DNA of 64,000 nt. It comes from an uncultured Candidatus Saccharibacteria bacterium (GTDB taxonomy: Bacteria > Patescibacteriota > Minisyncoccia > Minisyncoccales > GWA2-38-27). Position numbers and translations under genes: made by a program. The notes under the pieces are model-generated. The model ran no database searches. It was not told where the DNA came from and was given only the letters and a program-made list of their open reading frames with translations. The stretch is taken from assembly GCA_964387825.1 (NCBI GenBank), contig CAYLWZ010000002.1, positions 47,375 to 111,374 of the forward strand, read 5' to 3'. Shown piece by piece: positions 10,284 through 19,223 of the stretch. Position 1 is the first letter of the stretch, and every line of letters starts with the position of its first letter.

Positions 10284-10844
10284 TCATCTCGACAATAACT
10301 CTATCTTCTGCCCCTTTTTTACTTTTACTATCGCTTTTTTATACCCTTTCCTCCAGCCGATTTGCTTCCCTAATCTTCTTTTCTTTCTATGGACATTAAT
10401 AATTTTAACATCAACCGCATCAACTTCGTATATGTCTTTAATTGCTTTCTTAACTTCAATTTTATTGGCTCCGGGCCTGATTTTGAATACATACTTGTTT
10501 TTCTCGTTCAGGTCGGTTGCTTTTTCGCTAATATGAGGAGAACCTAAAACTCGGTAAGCCCTGTCAGAGATTTGTCTTTTTTGCGCTTTTCTTTTGCCTT
10601 CAGAATCTCTAACGGGGTAAACTATTTTTGAAACCTCTTTCTTCTTTTTGGTTCCCGCAACCCCGGTCTTTTTAATCTTCTCTGTCTCTTTTTCTATCTT
10701 TGGTTTAATTCCTTCAATCGGAGCAAAATATGGCTCTTTCGCAACTTCTCTTTCCTTTTTTTTCTCTATTATTTTCTTTCCCGGTTTTTTCTCTACTTTC
10801 TTTTCAACTTGTTTCCTTTTTTTAAAAATATTTAATAGACCCAT
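10284..10844 (-). CDS. rplW: 50S ribosomal protein L23 with ~90-aa Lys-rich N-terminal extension
   Basis: C-terminal ~95 aa match uL23 (…AYRVLGSPHISEKAT…IRPGANKIEVKKAI…); no internal Met, so the extension appears to be translated. Confidence 0.75.
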   Translation of the reverse strand: MGLLNIFKKRKQVEKKVEKKPGKKIIEKKKEREVAKEPYFAPIEGIKPKIEKETEKIKKTGVAGTKKKKEVSKIVYPVRDSEGKRKAQKRQISDRAYRVLGSPHISEKATDLNEKNKYVFKIRPGANKIEVKKAIKDIYEVDAVDVKIINVHRKKRRLGKQIGWRKGYKKAIVKVKKGQKIELLSR

Positions 10845-10849
10845 ATTCC

Positions 10850-10939
10850 TATAACCTGTAACTTGTAACTTGTAACTTGTAACTTGTAACTTGAGATTTA
10901 AGTTTTGAGTTTTGAGTTATGAGTTCTAAGTTGTAAGTT
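10850..10939. repeat. rplW-rplD spacer: (acttgta)4 versus (aagtt…)n inverted arms
   Basis: read directly from the sequence. Confidence 0.65.
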
Positions 10940-11569
10940 CTAAGATTTAAATGTTTCTTTAATCACCCCTATCGCCTCTTTCGGTATGATTAAATATTTA
11001 TAAGAAAGCGCGTCTAAAACGTTTAGGTCTTTCGCCTGGATTGTGGCAATTCTCGGAATGTTTCTAAGGGCTAAAATTGCATTTTTGTCTATTTCCGGCA
11101 AAGCAATTAACCCAGAACCTTTTTCTAAAAACAATTTATTCAATATTTTTTTTGCTAATTTCGTCTTTGCCTTTTCAAAACTCAAACTATCTATGACCAA
11201 AAGCAGATTATCTTTTGCCTTGGCTGATAAAACCATAAACAAGGCCTTTCTTTTCATTTTCTTGGCAATCTTTTTTTTAAAAACTCTTTCTGCTGTCGGA
11301 CCAAAAGTTACTCCCCCTCCTCTCCAAATAGGAGAACGGTTTGAACCTACCCTCGCTCTTCCGGTGCCTTTTTGCCTCCAGGGCTTTCTTCCTCCTCCTC
11401 TAACTTCGCTTCTGTCTTTCGTTTTAGCGATATTTCTCCTCTGATTCGCCCTTTGCGCCAAAACTACCTGATGAACTAAATCAAGATTCATTTTCACTTC
11501 AAATATCTCTTTCGGCAAATCTATCTTTCCGACCTCTTCTCTATTTTGATTATAAAGTATTGTTTTCAT
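10940..11569 (-). CDS. rplD: 50S ribosomal protein L4
   Basis: uL4 pattern (…VHQVVLAQRANQRRNIAKTKDRSEVRGGGRKPWRQKGTGRAR…); likely start is MKTILYNQ (11569); upstream codons come from a catgaaa tandem repeat. Confidence 0.8.
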   Translation of the reverse strand: MKTILYNQNREEVGKIDLPKEIFEVKMNLDLVHQVVLAQRANQRRNIAKTKDRSEVRGGGRKPWRQKGTGRARVGSNRSPIWRGGGVTFGPTAERVFKKKIAKKMKRKALFMVLSAKAKDNLLLVIDSLSFEKAKTKLAKKILNKLFLEKGSGLIALPEIDKNAILALRNIPRIATIQAKDLNVLDALSYKYLIIPKEAIGVIKETFKS

Positions 11570-11640
11570 GAAACATGAAACATGAAACATGAAACATTTT
11601 TTTAATTTAGGTTTCAAGTTTTACGTTCCAAGTTTTAAAA

Positions 11641-12255
11641 TCATCCTCTAATCTCTAATAGCGTTCCCCTTCTTCCGGGAATAGCCCCTTTTACTGCTAA
11701 TAAATTATTTTCCAGGTCAATTTTTACTATTTTTAAATTTTTCACCGTTACTCTTTCCGTTCCCATTCTGCCGGGCATCCTTCTGCCCTTAATCACTTTC
11801 TGGGGAAACATTGAGCCGATTGAGCCGATTGTTCTTTCCGTATGTTTCGTTCCATGGGTGGCTGTCTGGCCGTGAAATCCCCATCTTTTTACTCCTCCGG
11901 CAAATCCTTTTCCCTTAGAAATACCAGAAATTTTTACTTTCTCCCCTTTATCAAAAATTGAAACATCAATTTTATCTCCCATCTTCATTTTTTGTTCGCT
12001 GTTCGCTGTTCGCTGTTCGTTGACTCTAAACTCTCTTAAATGTTTGTAGGGCTTGTCCCTAAGCGGTTTTTTAATTTTATTTTTCTTATTTATCTCTTCA
12101 AAACCAACCTGAATCGCCTTATAACCGTCTTTTTCCTTCGTCTTAATTTGAACAACATAACAAGGGCCGGCTTCAACCAAAGTCACTGGAATAACATTCC
12201 CTTCTCCGTCAAATATCTGGCTCATTTCTATTTTTTTTCCAAGAATGAATTTCAC
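11641..12255 (-). CDS. rplC: 50S ribosomal protein L3
   Basis: MKFILGKKIEMSQIFDGEGNVIPVTLVEAGPC…GKGFAGGVKRWGFHGQ…THG uL3 signature. Confidence 0.9.
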   Translation of the reverse strand: MKFILGKKIEMSQIFDGEGNVIPVTLVEAGPCYVVQIKTKEKDGYKAIQVGFEEINKKNKIKKPLRDKPYKHLREFRVNEQRTANSEQKMKMGDKIDVSIFDKGEKVKISGISKGKGFAGGVKRWGFHGQTATHGTKHTERTIGSIGSMFPQKVIKGRRMPGRMGTERVTVKNLKIVKIDLENNLLAVKGAIPGRRGTLLEIRG

Positions 12256-12440
12256 CCCATTAGAAGTCTGTCCTTATATAGTCAGTAACTAATTTCAAAC
12301 AGACTTTTATTTTCCAACTATACTCCGTTATTGCTGAGCAGAAAAAATTTTAAAAATTTTTTTCTGCCAAAGACTTCTAACGGGGTTCATACAATACAAT
12401 CCGAATATTCCAAATTCTTATCTGAATACTCCAAACAATG

Positions 12441-12465
12441 AAAAACTGGGCATTGCCCAGTTTTT
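12441..12465. terminator. terminator/attenuator-like hairpin (aaaaactgggc att gcccagttttt) inside the rpsJ-rplC spacer
   Basis: perfect GC-containing stem flanked by A5/T5 on both sides; symmetric, so reads as a U-tailed hairpin on either strand. Confidence 0.5.
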
Positions 12466-12600
12466 CGAGGCAATTTAAATTATTGTATAATTTTTTAAAT
12501 TTTAATAAAATACATAGTTGATCTTATTCGTAGATCCGGATGTTATTCGTCCTAGACCCGTTCGTCCCGAACGGGACGGACTAGGGTTATTCGTCAATTT

Positions 12601-12942
12601 CTATATCTTTACTTCAATATCAACGCCCGCGGGCAAAGTTAAATTTATTAAGGCGTCAATTACATTCTGATTAGGATTTAAAATATCAATCAATCTTTTA
12701 TGAATTCTCATTTCAAACTGCTCCCGGCTGTCTTTATGGACAAAAGATGCTCGATTAACTGTATATTTGTGAATTTCGGTCGGTAAAGGAACTGGTCCCA
12801 CAATTTTAACGCCGTATCTTAAGGCCGTCTCAACAATCTGCCGAGCGCTATTATCAATCACTTTATTGTCATAAGCCTTCAGCTTTATCCTGAGCCTTTG
12901 CTTAAATTCAGTTTCTTCCTTAATTACTTTCTTGGTAGGCAT
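12601..12942 (-). CDS. rpsJ: 30S ribosomal protein S10
   Basis: …[25 protein letters not shown]…GPVPLPT… uS10 signature. Confidence 0.9.
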   Translation of the reverse strand: MPTKKVIKEETEFKQRLRIKLKAYDNKVIDNSARQIVETALRYGVKIVGPVPLPTEIHKYTVNRASFVHKDSREQFEMRIHKRLIDILNPNQNVIDALINLTLPAGVDIEVKI

Positions 12943-13041
12943 TATTATATTGCTAAGCTGTCCCGCTAAAAGCGGGGCTCGTTTATTATTGCATCGTTGT
13001 TTAATTCAATAATTTAACAATGCAATAATTCAGCAATTACT

Positions 13042-14232
13042 TTATATCTTGACTACTACTCCGGCGCCAACTGTTTTTCCGCCTTCCCTTATTGCAAATC
13101 TCTGTTTCTCTTCAAGAGCGACTGGAGACATTAACTTAACGTTTAAATTGACCGTATCGCCTGGCATAACCATTTCCGTCCCTTCTGGCAAAACTACATC
13201 TCCAGTTACATCAGTAGTCCTAATGTAAAATTGCGGTTTATATCCTTTAAAGAAAGGGGTATGGCGGCCGCCTTCTTCTTTGGTCAAAATATAAATCTCG
13301 CCCTCAAATTCGGTATGAGGCGTAACTGTTCCCGGTTTGGCCAAAACCTGGCCCCTTTCAACTTCTTCTTTTTTTAATCCTCTGAGAAGAATTCCAACAT
13401 TGTCTCCTGCTTTCCCTTCATCAAGTATTTTATTGAACATTTCTATACTCACTGCTACTGTTTTTTTTGTATCTTTTAAACCAATCAACTCTACCTCTTC
13501 ATTAGATTTAATTATTCCTCTTTCAATTCTTCCGGTAGCAACTGTCCCTCGTCCTTCAATAGAAAAAACATCTTCAATTGCCATTAAAAACGGCTTAGCT
13601 GTATCTCTAACAGGTTCTGGTATATACTCGTCTAACGCCTTAACCAGGTCTAAAATCGGCTTAGCTGCTTCGTCATCGCTTGATTTACATCCCAGCGCTT
13701 TTAGGGCAGAACCGCGAATTACCGGAATTTCATCCCCGGGATATTCATACTTTTTTAAAAGTTCTCGAATCTCTGATTCAACCAAATCAATAATTTCCGG
13801 GTCGTCAACCATATCGGTTTTATTAAGAAAAACAACAATTGAGGGAATACCAACCTGGCGGGCAAGCAAAACATGCTCTCTTGTCTGGGGCATAGGGCCG
13901 TCAGGAGCAGAAACCACCAAAATGGCGCCGTCCATCTGAGCGGCTCCGGTAATCATATTTTTAATATAATCGGCATGCCCGGGACAATCTATATGGGCGT
14001 AATGCTTTTTTTCCGATTCATACTCTAAATGAGAAACAGATATCGTAAGACCCCTGTCTCTTTCTTCTGGAGCAGCGTCAATCTGGTCAACGCTTTTTTC
14101 TTTACTGTTAAAACCCTTCAAACTTAAAACATGAAGGATAGCGGCTGTTAAGGTAGTTTTACCATGGTCAACATGGCCAATAGTACCAACATTTATATGA
14201 GGTTTTGTCCTTTCAAATTTTTCTTTAGCCAT
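13042..14232 (-). CDS. tuf: elongation factor Tu
   Basis: [32 protein letters not shown]…DCPGHADY… canonical EF-Tu. Confidence 0.95.
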   Translation of the reverse strand: MAKEKFERTKPHINVGTIGHVDHGKTTLTAAILHVLSLKGFNSKEKSVDQIDAAPEERDRGLTISVSHLEYESEKKHYAHIDCPGHADYIKNMITGAAQMDGAILVVSAPDGPMPQTREHVLLARQVGIPSIVVFLNKTDMVDDPEIIDLVESEIRELLKKYEYPGDEIPVIRGSALKALGCKSSDDEAAKPILDLVKALDEYIPEPVRDTAKPFLMAIEDVFSIEGRGTVATGRIERGIIKSNEEVELIGLKDTKKTVAVSIEMFNKILDEGKAGDNVGILLRGLKKEEVERGQVLAKPGTVTPHTEFEGEIYILTKEEGGRHTPFFKGYKPQFYIRTTDVTGDVVLPEGTEMVMPGDTVNLNVKLMSPVALEEKQRFAIREGGKTVGAGVVVKI

Positions 14233-14375
14233 AATTATTAAAAGAATTACGAATAATGAATTACGAATTAAGAATATTATATAATTCCTAATTCTTAATT
14301 CTAAATTCTAAATTCTAATTTATTTATTATTATCTTATTACTTTTTAAAAAAATGTCAATGTTTAGAGCGCGAAA

Positions 14376-16499
14376 TTATCGTCTTTTCCCTTCTATGATT
14401 TCCTGGGCTATATTACGAGGGACTTCTTCATAATAATCAAATTCCATTGTAAATGTTCCTCTTCCTTCTGTCAACGACCTTAATCCAGTGGCATAACCGA
14501 ACATTTCCGCCAAGGGAACGATAGCATTGATAATCTTTAAGTTTAATCTATCTTTCGTCTCCTCAATTCTGCCCCGTCTCGCCGATAAATCACCAATAGT
14601 ATCCCCAAAAAACTCTGAAGGCACAATAACTTCTAACTTCATAATCGGCTCCAATAAAACTGGTTTTGCTCTTTTTGCCGCCGCTTGAAAAGCGATAGAG
14701 CCGGCAATTTTAAAAGCGTTCTCGGAAGAATCAACCTCGTGAAAAGAGCCGTCATATAAAATCGCTTCTAAATCCATCATCGGGTAACCGGCTACAATTC
14801 CTTTATCTATCGCCTCTTTTATTCCTTTCCCCACTGCCGGAATAAATTCTTTGGGAATAACTCCTCCCTTAATTTTATCTATAAAATCAAATCCTTCCCC
14901 TCTGTCTTTTGGCTTAATCCTCAGCCAAACATGACCATACTGCCCGCGGCCTCCTGATTGTCTGATATACTTTCCTTCCGCTTCCGCTTCTTGTTTAATT
15001 GTTTCTTTGTAAGCGACCTGGGGTCTGCCAACCTTGGCGTTAACATTAAACTCACGCTTCATCCTATCCACAATAATCTCAAGATGCAACTCTCCCATAC
15101 CTGAAATAATCGTTTCGCTGGTTTCCAGATCTTCTTTTACTTTAAAGGTCGGGTCTTCTTCTGATAATTTCTTAAGAGCTAAACCCATTTTTTCTTGGTC
15201 GGCTTTTGACTCGGGTTCAATACGAATAGAAATAACCGGTTCTGGAAATATTATATTCTCCAAAACAATGTCCTGACCTTCTTCACAAAGGGTATCTCCG
15301 GTTTTAGTATTCTTTAAACCGACCGTGGCCGTAATATCTCCAGTAAAAACCTCTTTTACTTCTTCTCTTTCGGATGAATGCATTCTCAAAATTCGGCCGA
15401 CTCTTTCTTTTTTATTTGTTGTTGAATTCAAAACATAAGAACCTACTGCCAAAGAGCCTGAGTATACGCGGAAATAAGTTAAAGTCCCCACATATGGATC
15501 GGTCGCCACTTTGAAAGCAAGAGCGGAAAATTTCTCTGAATCGTCGGCTTTTCTTTCAATTTCCTCGCCTGTTTTAGGATACACCCCTTTTACTGGAGGC
15601 AAATCTTGAGGGCTAGGAAGATAATCACAAACGGCGTCAAGCAAAGGTTGAATTCCTTTATTTTTTAAGGCAGAACCGCAAAATACCGGAATTAATTTAT
15701 AACTCAACACAGATTTACGCAAAATACTTTTTAATTCTTCGTTGGAAATTTCCCTATTAGCCAAATATAGGCCTAAAATTTTCTCATCTTCCGCAACAAT
15801 TTTCTCAATCATTTTCTCCCGCCATTCTTTGGCTTCGGCTAATAAATTTTCAGGAATTTCCTCCTCTTTTACTACTTGGCCAAAATCGCCTTCAAATTTC
15901 AGCGCCTTCATCGTAAAAAGGTCAATTACTCCCTGATGGTTATCTTCTTCTCCTATCGGTATTTGAAGAGCAACGGCATTAGGAGAAAGTTTTTCTAAGA
16001 TAGAATCAAAACTCTTTTTAAAAGAAGCGCCTGTTCTGTCCAGTTTGTTTATAAAACAAATTCTGGGCACCTGATATTTGTCCGCCTGACGCCAGACGGT
16101 CTCTGATTGCGGCTCCACTCCGGCTACTCCGTCAAAAATAACCACTGCTCCGTCTAAAACCCTCAGAGACCTTTGAACTTCTGCAGTGAAATCAATATGT
16201 CCCGGGGTGTCAATAATATTTATTCTGTACTCGTTTTCTTTTCCCTGTTTTTCCGCGCCGCTATCTGCGTTTTTCCGCGTCTTCCAAAAACAGGTAGTAG
16301 CGGCTGAAGTAATAGTAATCCCTCTTTCCCTTTCCTGCTCCATCCAATCCATAATTGCCTGGCCATTATGGACTTCACCGATTTTATGGGAAATTCCGGT
16401 GTAAAACAAAACTCGCTCGGTTACAGTTGTTTTACCGGCGTCAATATGGGCAATAATTCCGATATCGCGAATTTTCTCAATTGGATAAATACGAGGCAT
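14376..16499 (-). CDS. fusA: elongation factor G
   Basis: [35 protein letters not shown]…DTPGHIDF… canonical EF-G, 707 aa. Confidence 0.95.
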   Translation of the reverse strand: MPRIYPIEKIRDIGIIAHIDAGKTTVTERVLFYTGISHKIGEVHNGQAIMDWMEQERERGITITSAATTCFWKTRKNADSGAEKQGKENEYRINIIDTPGHIDFTAEVQRSLRVLDGAVVIFDGVAGVEPQSETVWRQADKYQVPRICFINKLDRTGASFKKSFDSILEKLSPNAVALQIPIGEEDNHQGVIDLFTMKALKFEGDFGQVVKEEEIPENLLAEAKEWREKMIEKIVAEDEKILGLYLANREISNEELKSILRKSVLSYKLIPVFCGSALKNKGIQPLLDAVCDYLPSPQDLPPVKGVYPKTGEEIERKADDSEKFSALAFKVATDPYVGTLTYFRVYSGSLAVGSYVLNSTTNKKERVGRILRMHSSEREEVKEVFTGDITATVGLKNTKTGDTLCEEGQDIVLENIIFPEPVISIRIEPESKADQEKMGLALKKLSEEDPTFKVKEDLETSETIISGMGELHLEIIVDRMKREFNVNAKVGRPQVAYKETIKQEAEAEGKYIRQSGGRGQYGHVWLRIKPKDRGEGFDFIDKIKGGVIPKEFIPAVGKGIKEAIDKGIVAGYPMMDLEAILYDGSFHEVDSSENAFKIAGSIAFQAAAKRAKPVLLEPIMKLEVIVPSEFFGDTIGDLSARRGRIEETKDRLNLKIINAIVPLAEMFGYATGLRSLTEGRGTFTMEFDYYEEVPRNIAQEIIEGKRR

Positions 16500-16722
16500 A
16501 AATTTTCAATTAAAAATCCTAAGCGAGGCAATAATTCTTGAAAGTAAACCCAGTTAGAGATTCCGAGGACAAAGAAAAAATAAAGAAACAAGATATCTCT
16601 AACCGGGTAAACTTCGGAGGCAGTTTAGCATGGTTCCCGCTTTTAGCGGGATAAACTGCCGAGAAATTAGGCCCCAAAATCTCGCTGGGATCTTGAGGAT
16701 CGGTAATCCCTAACCGAGCGGC

Positions 16723-17193
16723 TCACCAGGCGAAATGGGCAAAAGCGCGATTTGCTTCGGCCATTCGGTGGGTATCGCTTTTCTTTTTAATCGCCCAACC
16801 TGTATTATTAACGGCGTTCATCAATTCTTCCGCTAATTTTTCTTTCATCGGTTTTCCTTTTTTTTGTTTGGCTCCTTGAATTATCCAGCGCATAGCTAAA
16901 GTTAATTTCCTGCTTCCTTTTACTTCTACCGGAACCTGATAAGTCGCTCCGCCGATTCTTTTTGATTTTACTTCAAGCAAAGGTGAAGTGTTTCTTAAAG
17001 CCGTTTCAAAAACCTCTAACGGCTCTTTCTTCGTCTTTTCTTTAATAATATCAAAAGCGCCATAAACAATCTTTCTGGCTATTGTTTTCTTGCCCCGTCT
17101 CATAATTTGGTTAATAAATTTAGCGACAGTAATGTCGTTATAGACAGAATCGGGGTTAACGGGATATTTTTTTATTTTTTTTCTCCGAGCCAT
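16723..17193 (-). CDS. rpsG: 30S ribosomal protein S7
   Basis: [20 protein letters not shown]…KRAFAHFAW uS7 signature. Confidence 0.9.
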   Translation of the reverse strand: MARRKKIKKYPVNPDSVYNDITVAKFINQIMRRGKKTIARKIVYGAFDIIKEKTKKEPLEVFETALRNTSPLLEVKSKRIGGATYQVPVEVKGSRKLTLAMRWIIQGAKQKKGKPMKEKLAEELMNAVNNTGWAIKKKSDTHRMAEANRAFAHFAW

Positions 17194-17255
17194 TTTTTCT
17201 TGAAACTTAAAACTTGGAACTTAAAACATAATCATTTAAAAAGTTTCAGGTTTTA

Positions 17256-17669
17256 TTACTTCTTTTCTTTCTTTGTTCCGTATTTGCTTCTTCCCTGTTT
17301 TCTATTCTCTACTCCCCCGGCGTCCAAAACGCCTCTTACCACATGGTACCTCACTCCAGGTAAATCTTTAACTCTTCCTCCGCGAATAATCACAACCGAA
17401 TGCTCCTGCAAATTATGCCCTTCTCCGGGAATATAAGCGGTAACCTCCATCCCGTTAGTTAAACGAACCCGAGCCACTTTTCGAAGAGCAGAGTTTGGTT
17501 TCTTGGGAGTAGCGGTAAAAACTTTAAGGCAAACGCCTTTCTTAAAAGACGAAGGATACTTTCTCGGCCTGTTTTTAAGCGAGTTAAAGCCAAAACTTAA
17601 AGCAGGCATATTAGAACGCTTCTTTTTTTTCTTTCTATTCTTTTTTACAAGTTGATGAATTGTAGGCAT
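17256..17669 (-). CDS. rpsL: 30S ribosomal protein S12
   Basis: [10 protein letters not shown]…[59 protein letters not shown] uS12 signature. Confidence 0.9.
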   Translation of the reverse strand: MPTIHQLVKKNRKKKKKRSNMPALSFGFNSLKNRPRKYPSSFKKGVCLKVFTATPKKPNSALRKVARVRLTNGMEVTAYIPGEGHNLQEHSVVIIRGGRVKDLPGVRYHVVRGVLDAGGVENRKQGRSKYGTKKEKK

Positions 17670-17776
17670 AACAAAAGATTTAGGATTTAAGATTTAAGTT
17701 AAAAATTAAAAATAATAATAAAAAGATAGCGATAACCGCTATTTCATAATTTAGCAAAAAGTTTTCAAATTGTCAA

Positions 17777-18406
17777 TTAAACAGGTAAAGAAAAACCGGT
17801 GATTAATGAAAAAATCACATTAATAATAAATATTATCCAAGGAAACAAGAAAAAAATAATAAAAAGTAAAATAATAAAACCAAATTGCTGTAAAAATATT
17901 TTTGTCTTGAGCATAGAAGGAGGCAAAAAAGTAAAAAGAATATGAGAACCGTCTAAAGGAGGGATGGGAAGCAAATTGAAGATTGCTAAAAGAAGATTGA
18001 TATAAACAATATAAGAGAACATCAAAACAAGACCGGAAAAAGAGAACGATAAAGGAAGAAATCTCAGTAACAAACCAAAAAAGACCGCTATGGTTAAATT
18101 CGCCCCGGGACCGGCTAAAGATACTTTTAATTCTCCGTATTTCTGATCTCGGAAATTATAAGGATTAATAGGCACTGGTTTGGCCCAGCCGAAAATAATT
18201 CCTCCACCGGTTAATCTCGCCATAGCAATTAAAAAAATCGGGAGAATAACCGAGCCGACAGGGTCTAAATGTTTAAGGGGGTTCAAAGTAAGACGGCCGG
18301 CGTATTTAGCTGTCGGGTCCCCCAAATAATACGCCATCGCTCCATGAGAAACTTCATGAATAACAACAGAAAAAATCAAAATAATAATCAAAAAAATATA
18401 TTCCAT
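17777..18406 (-). CDS. M50 family (site-2 protease-like) membrane metallopeptidase
   Basis: HEVSHG (HExxH) and NLLPIPPLDG motifs in a multi-TM protein; likely start is MEYIFLII (18406), not the track start 18475. Confidence 0.7.
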   Translation of the reverse strand: MEYIFLIIILIFSVVIHEVSHGAMAYYLGDPTAKYAGRLTLNPLKHLDPVGSVILPIFLIAMARLTGGGIIFGWAKPVPINPYNFRDQKYGELKVSLAGPGANLTIAVFFGLLLRFLPLSFSFSGLVLMFSYIVYINLLLAIFNLLPIPPLDGSHILFTFLPPSMLKTKIFLQQFGFIILLFIIFFLFPWIIFIINVIFSLITGFSLPV

Positions 18407-18617
18407 ATTATTAGTGTAACAAAAAATTTTACAAAAGTAAAAATTTCTGATAAGATAACTTAAACGAATTTTCAATTATCAATTTTCAAATTTTCAATCA
18501 AATCCCAATTTTCAAATTTTCAAACTTTTTAAAAATCGTACTTTTCTATTGTTATTTAATAATTGAATCATTGAAAATTTATTGAAAATTGGTTATTGAA
18601 AATTGAAAATTAATTTT

Positions 18618-18842
18618 ATGTCTAAACAATGCGCGATCTGCGGAAAAGGGTCAATAATGGTCCAACATCTAAAAAAACTTCGGGGAAAATATAATCCAAC
18701 AGGGAAAAAAAGAAAATACCCTAATCTACAATGGGTAGTTATCCCAAAAAATGTAAGACATCCAAAAAAAGCAATCCCCTTGCGGGGAAAGCGAGTTTTG
18801 GCTTGCACCAAGTGCATCAAGGCATTCGGAAAAAGTAAATAA
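18618..18842 (+). CDS. rpmB: 50S ribosomal protein L28
   Basis: MSKQCAICGKG…NVRHPKK…RVLACTKCIK bL28 pattern with Cys ribbon; start could instead be 18603. Confidence 0.8.
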   Translation: MSKQCAICGKGSIMVQHLKKLRGKYNPTGKKRKYPNLQWVVIPKNVRHPKKAIPLRGKRVLACTKCIKAFGKSK

Positions 18843-18847
18843 AAAAA

Positions 18848-18918
18848 CGGGGTGTAGTATAATGGTAGTATTTGCCCTCGGGGAGGGTAAGACCCGAGTT
18901 CAATTCTCGGCACCCCGA
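18848..18918 (+). tRNA. tRNA-Pro (anticodon GGG at 18880-18882)
   Basis: manual cloverleaf: acceptor CGGGGTG/CACCCCG (C1:G72, A73 typical of bacterial tRNA-Pro), D-stem with two G-U pairs, anticodon stem TGCCC/GGGTA, loop UCGGGGA, T-arm CCGAG-TTCAATT-CTCGG; CCA not encoded. Confidence 0.7.
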
Positions 18919-18924
18919 CTATCC

Positions 18925-18957
18925 AAAAACCACCGCGCTGGGCACGGTGGTTTTTGT
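18925..18957 (+). terminator. rho-independent terminator after rpmB-tRNA
   Basis: aaaaaccaccg-cgctgggca-cggtggttttt hairpin followed by T-run. Confidence 0.7.
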
Positions 18958-19223
18958 TGGTAAATTAAAGCCCTGCAATTTTTAGAAAGAATTCTTGGAT
19001 AATCATTCAAGTCGGTATCCGCACATATTCGCCAAAGCGAATATAAATAATAGGATTCCTTAAAAAATAATTATAGTCCAGAATCTAGCTAAAAATTAAC
19101 AGGGCTATCTTTAATATAGCGTTGACTGACGCTAATGTCAATAAGCAAAATATCGAAATTGTCCAATTTATCTTTTCGCCCCATTTTTAGTAAAAATTGT
19201 GGGATTCGCTAATTTATCAGACC

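Noticed and set aside
1451-10939. Short-period tandem repeats in the spacers, considered as a possible CRISPR array
   Set aside because: The units are 5-8 bp with no unique spacers of 28-40 bp. They form inverted arms, not repeat-spacer arrays. No cas genes are present.
13337-13939. 200-aa plus-strand ORF inside tuf, and similar plus-strand ORFs inside r-protein, fusA, permease and por genes (for example 2896-3282, 5240-5719, 15034-15276, 31322-31636, 47435-47777)
   Set aside because: They are antisense to strongly supported conserved genes, are of low complexity, and match no family. They are typical shadow ORFs.
18593-18913. 106-aa minus-strand ORF
   Set aside because: It overlaps rpmB on the opposite strand and runs through the tRNA-Pro gene, with no recognisable family.
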